A stretch of 37,826 bases of DNA from Chiloscyllium plagiosum (GCF_004010195.1 NC_057719.1:43227789-43265614); one strand, 5' to 3'; positions 22,511 through 34,866 are shown, numbered from the stretch's first letter. Made by a program: numbers and translations. The notes: generated from the sequence alone by a model not told the origin.

Positions 22511-22952
22511 GATACGCAAGGCCATGGATGCCTGATCTTGAGCTGCTAGATCTGTTCGAAGTCTGTCCCATTTAGCACGGTGATAGTGCCACACAATACA
22601 ATGGAGGTTATTCTCAATGTGGAGGTGGGACTTCATCTCCATAAGGACTGTGTTGTGGTTGCTGTTACTGATACTGCCATGGACAGATGCATTTGCAGCT
22701 GACAGACTGATAAGAATGAGGTCAAGTATGTGATACGCAAGGCCATGGATGCCTGGTCTTGAGCTGCTAGATCTGTTCGAAGTCTGTCCCATTTCGCACG
22801 GTGATAGTGCCACACAATACAATGGAGGTTATTCTCAATGTGGAAGTGGGACTTCATCTCCATAAGGACTGTGTTGTGGTTGCTGTTACTGATACTGCCA
22901 TGGACAGATGCATTTGCAGCTGACAGACTGATAAGAATGAGGTCAAGTATGT
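22511..22952. repeat. 221-bp direct tandem duplication
   Basis: Copies 22511-22731 and 22732-22952 differ at 3 positions by my reading. Confidence 0.95.
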
Positions 22953-24264
22953 TTTTCCCTCCTGTTGGTTCCTTCACCGTCTGCCACAGACTCAGTGTAG
23001 CAGTTATATCCTTTAGGACCTGACTAGCTTGATCAGTAGTGCTGCTGTCAAGCCCCTCTTGGTGATGAACATTGAAATCCCCCACCCAGAGGATATTTTG
23101 TGCCATGGCCATCCTCAGTGCTTCCTCCAAGGGTTGTTCAACATGGAGGAGTACCTATTCATCAGCTGAGAGCGAATAATATGTGGTAAGTAGCAGGAGG
23201 TTTACTTGCCCATGTTTAACCTGAAGCCATGAGACTTCATGTCCAGAGTCAATGTTGAGGACTCCCAGGGCAACTCCCTCCTGACTATATACCACAGTGC
23301 TGCCACCTCTGCTAGCTCCATCCTACCGGTGGGACAGGACATATCCAGGGATAGTGATGGTGGCGTCTGGGACATTGTCTGTAAAGTATGAATCCATGAG
23401 TATGATTATATCAGGCTGTTGCTTGACTAGTCTGTGAGACAGGTCTTCCAATTTGGCACTAGCCCCCAGATGTTAGTGAGGAGGACTTTGCAGGGTCGAC
23501 AGGGCAGTTCCTGCTTTACGTTTTCCAGTGCCCAGGTCAATGCCAGGTGATCTGTCCAGTTTCATTCTTTGAGAGTCTGTAGCAATTGGTACAACTGAAT
23601 GGGTTGCTAGGCCATTTCAGATGGCAACTGAGAGTCAACCATATTGATGGGGGTCTGAAGTCACATTAGGCCAGACCAGGTGAGGATGGGCAGTTTTCTT
23701 TCCCTGAGGGACTTCAGTGAACCAGATGGATTTTTTCTGACAATTGTTTCATGATCATTATTAGATCCTTAAATCCAGATTTTATTGAATTCAAATTCCA
23801 CTATCTGCCATGGCGGGATTCGAACCTGGGTCCCCAGAACATTATCTGGGTCTCTGAATTAATAATCGCCTTTCGTATCCTTCAGAAAAGCTGTATTAGG
23901 AAGTAACACAAAGGACTGAATCTTACTTTTTTTTGGCTAAGTGCAAGTTATGTTGAGTTTTTTTGGAGAGTTTTTCACCACAAGGTCTCCTGAGATTTGT
24001 TGTCATATCTTATTCTTAAGAGTATCTTTGTTATTAATTGTTCGATGAATAATCAAACAATATCTTAGAAGTAGAATTACTTATTGTGTCAACTCCACCT
24101 AGTGGTAATCAAATGCATATGTTCAGAGTGAATATCTGAGATATTTATTTGCATATTTATGCACAATGTGAGGCTTCAATGGAGCAGAAACAGTGCTGCT
24201 TCACATTGATAGATCTACTGGTCTGGAATGTGAAGTAACAGCTGTGTTACACTGTTATAAATAA

Positions 24265-24620
24265 TAGAGTCATAAAGATACAGAGCACGGAAACAGACCC
24301 TTTGGTCCGACCCATCCATGCCAACTAGATATCCTAAATAAATCTAGTTCCACTTGCCAGCATTTGGCTCAAATCCCTCTAAACCCTTCCTATTTATATA
24401 CCCATTCAGGTACCAGCCTCCACCACTTCTTCTGGCAGCTCATTCCATATACCCATCACTGTCTGCATGAAAAAGTTGCTCCCTTTTAAATTTTTCCCCT
24501 CTCACCTTAGACCTATGCCCTCTATTTTTGACTCACCTAATCTGGGGAAAAGACCTTGTCTATTTACCCTATTCTTGCCCCTCATAATTTTATAAACTTC
24601 TGTAAGGTCACCCCTCAAAC
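24265..24620 (-). mobile_element. CR1 LINE 3' end
   Basis: atagagtcataaagatacagagcacggaaacagaccctttggtcc... is the reverse complement of the CR1 tail. Confidence 0.88.
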
Positions 24621-25059
24621 TGTAAAGAAAAACTGAGACTGAATGCAATAAAATTAAGCCCCATGGGAAAGAGAAATATTAATGCAAAATTCATCCTTTA
24701 ATCTCACGGGGTCAGTAAATATTTACAAAGTTTCTGCTATACACAGACACAAAATCACAACTGAATATAGAAGGAGAATAAGATCTATGTATTCTACCTG
24801 AAACTGTTACATACATAACAAAACTAGCACATATTTGATGAGTGCAGAACACTTATCAAATTTGCATTTTCTTTTATATAGCGGCAGTGGATGATATTCA
24901 CTTTCTCAACCATTGCTGGAAACTGGTATGCAGAACAGATGTAGAATAGAATGCCTCAGTGCAGACACAAGGAACTGAATGGCCTCCTTCTGTGCTGTGA
25001 TTCTATGATGCAGATTCTGGTGATTAAGGAAGCCACATTCTGTTGTCTAGAGTATCGTA

Positions 25060-25780
25060 TAAAAATATCCTGTAGAAATGAACAGAGAGAAGCGGAATAA
25101 AACTCACTTTCACAAATAAACGCCAATAATATCTGAGTACAAAATGAAATTAAATGTGTCAGTGACACCACAGAACCCTAAGAAACACATCTCATTCTGA
25201 CAGACAGAACCAGCATTTTATTATATATATGTATCTCCCACAATCATCATCCAAACAAGAAATTGTGTTGATGATTCTGAATGGCTCGCAGATGAAAGCA
25301 GTCTCCCTCCTGTCATCACCCCATGTGCCACAGACTGACCAGTCACTTATAATTCACAAAATACAGAAGATATTAAGATCCAGTCTGAACCCTAATAACT
25401 ACTGTCACAGAATGAATTACATAGGCACAGAGAACATTACCGGCTGGCAGAGAATTAAGCCACATTTACAAGTAGAAAGTGACAAATACAGATTGGTACC
25501 TACACTCACGCATTCACATTGCAGAAACAGACCAGAAATATTGATGATGACACTCATCTTCACATAGAAGAAACTGACAGGTCCAGGTTAATAATGACAC
25601 TCACATCTCAGCAGAGCAGATACTGACTGTAACAGATTGGTAATAAGTCTCCCAGTTTCACACAACAAAAAAATGATAGGTACAAATTTTGATCTACACT
25701 CATATTCATAGAAACAAAAAACTGACAGGTACAGTTTAATAACTGCATTCACATATTCATAACGACAGAAACACACTAAA
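25060..25780. repeat. Decayed tandem array, period about 48-50 bp
   Basis: Recurring aaactgacaggtncag...acactcacat...cacanacag motif, e.g. starts near 25574, 25622, 25672, 25721. Confidence 0.6.
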
Positions 25781-25829
25781 TTTAAAATATAAGTGCACTA
25801 AAGATCAATAAGCCCACAAGTACAAAGTA

Positions 25830-27530
25830 CATGTTCATTTCTAGGCATTGAAGTACAACGACAGAGAAACTATGTGAAATTTGCATAGTATCTTAATGTA
25901 CAGTTAGATTGCCATGTACATTTCTGGCCTCCATGTTACATGGAAGATATTGGAGCATTGGAGAAAGTGCAGAAAAGATTTATAAAAGTGTTATTAGAAT
26001 ATAACAATCAGGAAACATTGAAAGGTTGCAAAAAAAAGTGGAAAGGTTACAGCATAGAAGGAGTCCATTTGGCCATCATGTCTGTATGGGCTCTTTAAAA
26101 GAGTAGTACAATTACTGTTCCACGCCAGACTTTTTCCCTAGCGCTAAGAGTTTGAAATAATGCATTTTTGTAATAACGGTCAAATTCCCTTTGAACAGCC
26201 TCAATTGAGCCCACCTCCACCACACTCTCAGACTGGAGATATTTTCTTTGCAGAAGAGATGAAAAGGAGACCTGATGGAAGCTTTTATAATTATGAAGGA
26301 TTTTGATTGGGTGGAATTGGAGAAATTGTTTGAGTTCTCTTCCCTAGAGAACTGTGGAAGTTCAAACATTATCTAAGTTCAAGACAGATATTGATAGATC
26401 TTTAGTTATTCATAACATCGAAGGATGTGGGGATAGCACAGGAATGATGGCATTGAGATGGATGATGAGACGTGACTTAGAATTGCAGAGCAGACTTGAG
26501 GAGTTACATGGCCTACTCCGTTGATTTGATTTAATTTATTATTGTCACATATACTGAGATACAGTGAAAAGTATTGTTTTGTGTGTTAATCAGACAAATC
26601 ATAAGTACATCAATGTAATTGAACAGAATGTAGAATATTGTGTTACAGCTATAGATGTTGATGGAGCTGCACTTCACAAAGTTTAAATAGCACAGTGCAG
26701 ACGGAGTTTGGATACCAGATGAAAGAGAGTACGCATGACGAAGACAGCTGAGAAAAAAAATTCCTACTTCTATGATCCCTTTTGTGGGAGAGTCCAAACG
26801 AAGGTATATAAATATATGATAACCATAAACACACTAAATTTTAAAAATCTTCAGAATTTCTTTATAGAACATGGTGAAACTGTGAAAGTCATTACCGCAA
26901 AGAATGGTCGAAGCAAATATCATTGAAACAATGAGGACAAAGGTTGATGAATACATGATAGGGGAATAGAAGAATGTGGCAGCAGGGCAGAAAGATGTAA
27001 TACATGGGAGAAGGTTGATGTGGAGTTCAATCACTGCTTATAGAGTGGACTGAATGTACTTTATCACTATGGTTTATTTCTATGTAATGGAAGAGGAAAA
27101 GATGCAGTAAAATTTGCTAAAGTTAACACGTGCAAGAAAACATTACTAAAAACATTAGCACTTAAGACTGACAAATTTCCAATGCCTGATGGTTTCCATC
27201 CAAGGTTTTTAAAAGAAATAATAGGAAATTGTCAGAAATGCTTTTCTTATAATCTTCAAAAACCCTGATTCAGGAAATGTCTATTTAGGTTGGAAAATTA
27301 TTAATGTAACTCCATTATTTAAGTAAAAATGATAGAAACCTGAAAATCTCAGATCTATAACCTAATATTTGTTGTGAAAATTTTGTTGGAATCTGTAATT
27401 AAGAGTAAAGTGATTAACTACTTCGAAATAATTGGGGAGCATCAACATGGAAGTGGTAAAGGGAATGTAATATTAAATAAACATTAGTAGTTTTTGAAGA
27501 AGATGACGGGGGAATGTTGATGGATGTGGA
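25830..27530. mobile_element. Cluster of old CR1 fragments in both orientations
   Basis: ttggagaaagtgcagaaaagatttataa (25958+), an inverted tail at 26040-26240, and gatggtttccatccaaggtttttaaaagaa...aatgtaactccattatttaag (PDGxHPRxLKE, NVTPLFK) at 27180-27330. Confidence 0.65.
26521..26660 (-). mobile_element. Rex1/Babar-type 3' tail fragment
   Basis: Minus strand ttttcactgtatctcagtatatgtgacaataataaat + (AAATC)n; similar to 30501-30560. Confidence 0.55.
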
Positions 27531-28955
27531 AATGGGCTTTGGGTCAGTGTCAAGTACCCTTTCAATATCCTTTGTCATTTCGCTAATATCCAGTAACCTC
27601 CTGGCACCCACATTTCTTCCCATCCTCTTCCTGTCTGCACTCCCCCAGGCTCTTCTACTGTTCAAAATGTCTCCACCACATCCCATGCTGGATCCAATTA
27701 TCCAAGTGTTTTCTATTTATCTGAATATTGAATTTGGTCGTGATTTACTGTTTGTAACACAACAAGAAGATCAATTAAAACAATATACAATATTAAATAA
27801 AAACAGTATAAAAATATCAGATATGTTGTTAAAATAGAGAGCATTGCACTTACTCTCACAAGTATAATCACACATGATTAACGGGTTATTAATGAATATT
27901 TAGCATTAGATGTGAGAATGATACAGCAAAAGTACAAGATATTGACAACAATTTCAGCGTACCCTGTACATCTAATCCAATGCAATATAATACTTTGTCG
28001 CTTAGTCTTCCCCTTATTTATAAAATTGTAGCAAATGGGCAGATTTGATGTAAAGAGGTACTTGTTCTCATCTAAAACATTTTTCCTTGATGATGGTAAG
28101 CATCAAAAGTATTTAAGTATGCCCAGCATTCAAGCCACTTTTCTTTCTTCTCCCTGCTTATCAAATATGCTTTAGTGTTCTTATTTTTCAACAAACTTCC
28201 TTTTTAAAACCATCCGATATGCATTTATAACAAATTATTGTTCTTGTTTCAAGAGATCAGTGTGTACCTACCAGGAGGTGCTGTATGATTTACTAAACAA
28301 TCATGATTAATATTTGTATGGCATCTTTAACATAAAATATCCCTAGGAAATTAAGAGCAATGCAGTAAATTGAACACCAGGCCACAGAAGGCAATATCAG
28401 CGCAGATGTCTGTTTCCATGCTGTACATCTCTATGACTCTATGACCAAAAGTTCAGCCAAAGAAGATAATTTTAAGGCACATCTCAATGTAGGAGAGATA
28501 AATGGAGTGTTTTGAGCAGGGAATTCAGAGCTTGCTTTTTAAAAAAAGCATTTTATGGGATGACAGCACAGCTGACAAGGCCAGCATATATTGCTATCCC
28601 TAAATACTCTTGAAACGTGAATGAAAAACTGCCTTCTTGTCTTTGGAATAGGAGCACACAGTATAGAATTTTGACCTACTGAAGGAACAGTGATGAAGTT
28701 CCAAGTTAGGATGGTGTTTGGCTTGGAGGGGATACTGCAGATGGTGGTGTTTAAACTATCAATTTTCCTGCATTTTTTGGAGACATTCTCACCTCCAAAG
28801 CCTAGCAAGATTTCTTGCATATCGTACTAAACTCGCTGCCTAAACCCGTCTATGCTCTTTTCTCAACTATCCTACCTCTCAGCATATTCAGAACAACTCA
28901 TAACAGCCGTGATATCACAAAATAGACCAGCATAGAATAGATAATTTAAACAGCC

Positions 28956-29060
28956 GGCTGCTGGCAGGTGGGACTAGATTGGGTTGGGATATTTGGTCGG
29001 CATGGATGGGTTGGACCGAAGGGTCTGTTTCCATGCTGTACATCTCTATGACTCTATGAC
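28956..29060 (+). mobile_element. Short CR1 3' tail
   Basis: gctggcaggtgggactag...ttggaccgaagggtctgtttccatgctgtacatctctatgactctatgac. Confidence 0.85.
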
Positions 29061-29124
29061 TGGAATATGCAGCCACAATGACAGAGCACAAATTTAAAAG
29101 ACTACCAGTGAAGCTTTAAGAGAT

Positions 29125-29220
29125 TTTCTTTTAATCAACTTGTTTAGACATGGTATGCCACATGCCTGGGACAGATGGGACTTGAAACCGGATCTTCTGG
29201 CCCAGGTAAGGAAACAAGCC
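29125..29220 (-). mobile_element. Short tRNA-derived SINE, decayed
   Basis: B-box-like ggtttcaagtccc; homologous to 33530-33632. Confidence 0.5.
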
Positions 29221-29600
29221 TTAAACATGCAAGGCATTGAAAGATAGTTCGCCTGAGAACAGACAAAACATAGCTACTTCCTGCATCTTCTGTAATGGCA
29301 TATGTAATGAGACAATTGCATCACCAGTAATTTAGGTATTTGGGGAAATAAATCCATCCCTGCTTATGAAGGTAATAGTCCTGAGATTGACTCTTTATAG
29401 GCACATGCGTGATTTTAATGAAGCCCTCCATTTACAGGATTCTAGCCACCTGAAGTCCCATAATGTCTGTCAGATCCTCTTTGATGGGTTCATGTAGAAC
29501 TCAGATGTGCTTGAACTCTAACAAAGGAATAAAAATTGACTTCCTAATCAGTGCTATCAGATTCCATTGGAAGGCATTTGACATGAGTTGAGCAATGGGA

Positions 29601-29726
29601 TGATGAAGGGCTTTTGCCCGAAACGTCGATTTTACTGCTTCTCAGATGCTGCCTGAACTGCTGTGCTCTTCCAGCACCACTAATCCAGAATCTGGTTTCC
29701 AGCATCTGCAGTCATTGTTTTTACCT
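29601..29726 (+). mobile_element. Short hammerhead-bearing PLE-tail insertion (family A)
   Basis: TGATGA-A-GGGC tttt GCCC-GAAACGTC-GATT plus a tail nearly identical to 36377-36456. Confidence 0.85.
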
Positions 29727-30500
29727 ACCCCTGAATTGAGGGGTAGGTAATAGCCACAAACAAGACAGTGAAACAGCAGAATTAACACAGAAATTCCAAG
29801 AGCTGATGTCTCTCCAGACGGAAAGAGAACTCCCTGTAGTCTATTGATCCCATGGCGTAAAAACCTGAGAGATGGTTATTGACTTTATGTCACTACACTC
29901 AACTGACTTTCATCTTTTACTACTACCCATTACCATCTTCATTGAAAGCAAAGGAAGAATATAAATCCCAGAGGAATATTGATTGGGAGGGCATGCAAAA
30001 AAGCCTTTGACATTTTGAGTGAATGTGCCAACGGAAAGCAGGATTGGAGGTTTCCTTGGGATTGCTCATTTCCAAGACCCAATATGTCAATCAACTCAGA
30101 CCAGAAGACAGCCAATTTCTCACAGTGGCAACTTTCAGTGTAGTCCATTTAGTGACTACAGTTCGTCTGTTAAATGAGACCAATGTTTGAGTTCTCTCTG
30201 ACCTTAGATGAGCACACATCAGGGTATGGAATAGGTTCTTCTTTGTCTATTCACTAATTTGGGTTCAAGTCTATTTCTATTCTGTTGATTCATGATGTAG
30301 AAGTCCCTTTAAGTTCTTTCAAGTTTAACAAAATACCTTTAAATATCCAAGAATTGCAATTTCAAAAAAACAGGCATGACTTTGTGTCAAAAATCCATTT
30401 AACTAATACATAGCCTTGCGCAGCAAAAGATGTGCAGCACCAGCATAGGACCGTAAGAAATAACAGGAGGTTGTTTGGCTCCTCGAGCACACTCAGGGTT

Positions 30501-31332
30501 GAATTGAATTGAATTAGCTTTATTGTCTCATGTACACAAATGAGTACAGTGAAAAGTTTATAAGTTGTCATTAACTGTGCTACCTTGGATACAAAGGTGC
30601 CAAGATACAATCCTTAGTTGCAGAATAGAGAAATGAAGAAAAAAAGGTAGATTACAGCTCTACACAACATAACCACAGATCAGAAAAACAAGAAGCAAAG
30701 TTAAAAAGACAAACATCACAGTCTCTTTCCAAAGTCTGTCCACAGCAAACCAGTGCAGGGGACCTCTACTTGTTCTGACTGTTGGCTATCATCGTAGTCT
30801 GCCGGCATCCCTGCTCTGGCTGCTGGTCACCAGCCTCCCTGTTCAGGCTGCAGGCATCCCTGCTCTGGCTGCTGGTCACTGGTATCCCCACTCTGGTTGC
30901 GGGCACCAGCGTCTCTGCTCTGGTTGCTGGTCACTGGCATCCCCACTCTGGCTGCTGGTCACCGGCCTTCCTGTTCAGGCTTCTGGCATCCCCACTCTGG
31001 CTGCTGGTCACCGGCCTCCCTGTTCAGGCTTCTGGCATCCCCACTCTGGCTGCTGGTCATCGGCCTCCCTGTTCAGGCTTCTGGCATCCCCACTCTGGCT
31101 GTTGGTCACCGGCCTCCCTGTTCAGGCTGCAGGCGTCCCTGCTCTGGCTGCTGGTCACTGGCATCCTTGCTCCAGCTACTGGCATCCTTGCTCTTGCCAC
31201 TGGCATCTCCGCTGACTGCCAATCCCAGCTGGAGCCAAGTGTCCAAGGCCAAGAGAAGGGAGGAGATAGGGAGAAAAAAGAAAAAGAATAGGTAGAGCAG
31301 AGGAGCTCTGTGTCCTACTCTGCCACCATCTT
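30501..31332 (-). mobile_element. Non-autonomous retroelement (Rex/Babar-like ends) carrying a minisatellite
   Basis: 5' end AAGATGGTGGCAGAGTAGGAC; 3' end cactgtactcatttgtgtacatgagacAATAAAgct + (AATTC)n; no RT between. Confidence 0.55.
30804..31215. repeat. GC-rich minisatellite, 49-bp unit built from 28- and 21-bp subunits
   Basis: ggcatcc-like unit starts at 30804, 30853, 30881, 30936, 30985, 31034, 31083, 31132, 31160, 31181, 31202. Confidence 0.92.
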
Positions 31333-31334
31333 AC

Positions 31335-32120
31335 CAGAATGATGCTGATCTGACATTTCTCACATCCACTTTCTTGCCTTTTCCTATAACCTTTGATTTT
31401 TCTACTTAGCAGAAATCTATCTATCTCACTCTTCAGTATTCAACAAGGACTCAGTCTCCACAGCTTTCTGTGGCAAGGAGTTCCAAAGATTCACGACCCT
31501 CTGAGAAGAAATTCTGAGACTAGATTCTCCCCATGAAGGAAAATATTATCTCCTTATTTATCTTGTCAAGCCCCTTAGGAACCTTATATGTGTCAATGAG
31601 ATCACTTCTCATTCTTCTAAACTCCAGTGAGTCCCAACCTGTTTAGCCTTTGCTCTTAAGACAAACAATATATTCTGAGGATCATCCTTGTGAACCTTCT
31701 CTGAACTTCCACCAATGAAACAATATCTTTCCTTAAATAAGGGAACCAAAACTGCTCACAGTAGTCCAATGTGGTCTCACCAACATGTTGTACGGTTGCA
31801 GTAAGACTTCCTTACTCTTAAACTGTAAACCCCTTGAAAGAAGGACCAACATTCCGTTAGCCCTTGATTAAGTGCTAGCTTTCTGTGTTTTATGCGTAAG
31901 TACCCCCAAGTCCCTTTGTGTTGCTATTTTTCTCAATTTAAATAATACTGTTCTCTTGTTCTTTCCAAAATGAACAACTTCACATTTTCCCACATTATAC
32001 TCTATTTGCTAACTTTTTGCCCATTTATTTAATCTATCAATATCTCTCTGTAAACTTTGTATAACTATTTTTATAAGCTGCCTTTCCACCTATTTTTGAC
32101 TGCAAATTTAGCTGCAATGC
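31335..32120 (-). mobile_element. Old CR1 fragment
   Basis: ggaaccaaaactgctcacagtagtccaatgtggtctcaccaac (LVRPHWTTVSSFG-like decayed LVRPHLEYC), acaacttcacattttcccacatt. Confidence 0.75.
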
Positions 32121-32335
32121 TAGGTTCTTTGTCTTAAGATTCTTACACACTTGATGCAACTTAATACGCCAACTTCTGTGAACAACCAAAATTTATGAAG
32201 TAAGTACAAGCTTTGGAAGAACTCTTAACACTCTTCACAATGCCTGTGAAGCATGTCAAGAGAAGCTCTGTAAACAAAGGAACGGACACCTTCCTTTATA
32301 CAAAATCTTTACATCACAGTCAGTAATGCCCACAA

Positions 32336-32421
32336 TTCTAAATTAGTGGTGCTGGAAGAATAAAGCAGTTCAGGCAGCATCCAAGGAGCAGCGAAATCGA
32401 CATTTCGGGCAAAAGCCCTTT
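32336..32421 (-). mobile_element. Short PLE-tail insertion (family A) with partial hammerhead
   Basis: Minus strand AAGGGC tttt GCCC-GAAATGTC-GATT plus tail; 10-bp TSD atgcccacaa (32326-32335) / atggccacaa (32422-32431). Confidence 0.8.
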
Positions 32422-32789
32422 ATGGCCACAAGACAAGCCCCAGCCACATGCTACTCAAGACACAATGCAGTGACCTGATCATCTCCAGAAACGGTGTAAA
32501 GTAAATCATACCTTAATGGTCAGATCTGTTGTAAATCATTTTTTTAACTACAGGGTGTGATCAGAATTCCAAGTGCAATGTTCTTATTGATACTGAATGG
32601 CAGGCGATGACAAAGTGAATGGTAGAAGAAAATGTAAATTTACTTCTGAGTAGTCGGAGATGGCAAAGTAATTTTTTTACATTGTATCTGCAAGACAAAG
32701 ACATACCACCCTACCCTCGGGACATCCAATTTCTTGCAGGTCAGCAGAATAAATTAACCCTTTAACATCTCAGCAAGACATTCACCTTC

Positions 32790-33190
32790 TTCCTAGAAAT
32801 AATTAATATATATTGTAAACAGTTGCAGTCCCAGCACTGATTCCACCCCACTGATTGCAGGTTGCCAACCTGAATAGGAAGTCCTTATCCCCACTTGCTG
32901 TTTCCTGCCCATCAGCCAATCGTCTATCCCTGCCAATATACCAGCACCAACAGTGTGGGCTCCTATCTAATGACGTAACCTTTTGTGAAGTACTTTGTTA
33001 AATGCCTTTTGGAAGTCCAAATGCAACACATCTACTGGTTCTTCTGTATCCACTCTGGTTGACACTCCCTCATAAAACTCAAATAAATTAATCAGAAAAA
33101 ATTTCCCTCTCATGAAGTCATGCTGATTTTCATTTGTTGTGATTTTCCAAATGCTATTACTTCCTTTTAATCAATTCTATCATTTTAATG
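32790..33190 (-). mobile_element. Old CR1 RT fragment
   Basis: Minus strand gatgtgttgcatttggacttccaaaaggcatttaacaaagtacttcac = DVLHLDFQKAFNKVLH. Confidence 0.75.
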
Positions 33191-33529
33191 GCAGTCATTT
33201 TCAATGGCAATACATGAGTGGGAAAATGGACTATAATATTTGTCAATATTCATCATTTAAAGTGAAAAATATGCTCCTACTGACAAAATGTCACAGGAGA
33301 TTTACTAGAGGGAAATAAAGGTAATCATTTTTATGAATAGAGTTTTGGCAGAATGGGGATTCTGCTTCCTTTTACCTATAGATCTGCATCTAGATTTGCC
33401 ACAAAATGGGCAAATATTAAAAATCCAGCCTAATAGCTGTATTGTTTTTAATCACCACTTGATGGCACCAAAGCATGAGAAAATGCAGTTTTTAGGTGAA
33501 AGACCAGATTCCCAGTGGTAATTTAACGT

Positions 33530-33632
33530 ATTTTTTCAAATCAACCTGTTCAGAGATGTTATTACACAACTCTGGAGCAGGTGGGACTTGAACCCAGGCC
33601 TCGGGACACTATCACTGTACCACAAGAGGGCC
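33530..33632 (-). mobile_element. Short tRNA-derived SINE
   Basis: Minus strand ggccctcttgtggtacagtgatagtgtccc...gggttcaagtcccacc (A and B boxes) ending in an A-rich tail. Confidence 0.65.
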
Positions 33633-33934
33633 AGATTATATTAACAATGTTAAATCACAAATGCATGCAACTGGCCCAACAAATGATTTGAGATACCTCA
33701 CAATTTATAGTGGACTAAGATGCTTAAATATTAAAGAGATACAGGAATACAAATGGTTTCAGAAAATCTGAACCTTATGAGACAGTGGCAATTGTCATTA
33801 TTTTACAAAATAAATTTTATAAATCAAAACATTATTCAAATTATTTTTACACTACAGTTTATTGTCTTAATAATTCTTGGCTCCAGTTTTTATCTCTCTA
33901 ATCTGTTAACAAATTTCTAAATCATTAGATATCA

Positions 33935-34197
33935 TGGGGTGGTATGGTGAGCCATAGTGCCAGGAACCTGGGTTCAATTCCACCCTTGGGTGACTGTGTG
34001 GAATTTGCATGTTCTCCTGTGTGGGGTTTCCTTCCACAGTCCAAAGATGTGTAGGTTAGGTGGATTAGCCATGCTAAATTGCTCAGGGATATGCAGACTA
34101 GGTGGATTCGCCATAGAAAATACAGTGTTGAGGTGGGATGGTTTTTGTAGGTTTGGTTTGGGCCGAATGGCCTGTTTTCACACTCTCAGTGCTTTAT
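33935..34197 (+). mobile_element. HE1-type V-SINE, degenerate
   Basis: gggttcaattcc...gactgtgtggaatttgcatgttctcc...ccaaagatgtgtaggttaggtggattagccatgctaaattg...ggccgaatggcctgtttt. Confidence 0.85.
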
Positions 34198-34866
34198 GAG
34201 AAGACATCTTTAATAGTCACTCAAACCAGCAAAATTTTGATTAGTTCAGCTATAGTAGCAGTTTTAGAAATCACATCTGGAGAGGGCAAATTATTTTCTG
34301 ACAGTAAATTTGGCGAAATCTCTAGTATTTTGGAATATAATTTATTCTATTATTTATATGAAGGAAAACTGAAACAAATGCTCGCTTTAGTATGTTGCAA
34401 TAATTATTAGCAAAGTATCAGTAGTTTTTTGGTTTTTGGGTTGATTTTAACTTCGGTGACTGAATCCCCCAAAGAAATGTGTAAGGGTTTCAAAGCTTTT
34501 AGATGGCTTATCTTTATCTCCCTTTGTCAGGAATGCTACCCAGGAATTTTCCAGTGTTAATGGACAGTTCACCAGAGAGGGATTTGGATTTTCAGGCAGG
34601 ATTTCTGTCAATACAAAGCTGGCTATATCTCTTAAAATTACAAGATTTTTGTTTTGTACACAGAGAGAGACAAAGGCATCCAACTATCTGGACCCTGTCC
34701 TGGAGATTTACTTGTGTAAAATAAACTTTAGTACTCCCTCACTGAAACTAGAGTGCTTCACAAAACACTGAAACAAGCTTGAAGGGAGAGTTCAGAACAA
34801 ATGAATACTCCTAATGTATAGCTAGAATGTTCAAGGTTAAAAAAAGACAAACTTATCCATAATAAG

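Larger units (their letters stand above)
20335..23871 (-). mobile_element. Near full-length APE-RT LINE pseudogene (CR1/L2 superclade) with tRNA-derived 5' head
   Basis: 5' B box GGTTCGAATCC (23816-23826); APE motifs NIWGLVP, VKQQPDIIIL, WVGDFNVHH, ILDLILI; RT motif IFNCFIIDLP...FAKDCT (about 21215-21300); 3' end homologous to 12215-12890. Confidence 0.85.

Noticed and set aside
23800..23871. Functional tRNA gene (also 33575-33632 and 3762-3825)
   Set aside because: B boxes are present but no complete cloverleaf; these are retroelement heads.
30804..31215. CRISPR-like array
   Set aside because: Units are contiguous with no unique spacers, there are no cas genes, and the DNA is eukaryotic.
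30782..31295. 169-aa and 132-aa repetitive ORFs
   Set aside because: The 49-bp unit has no stop in any plus-strand frame, so overlapping ORFs with rotating peptides are an artefact; starts are non-ATG.
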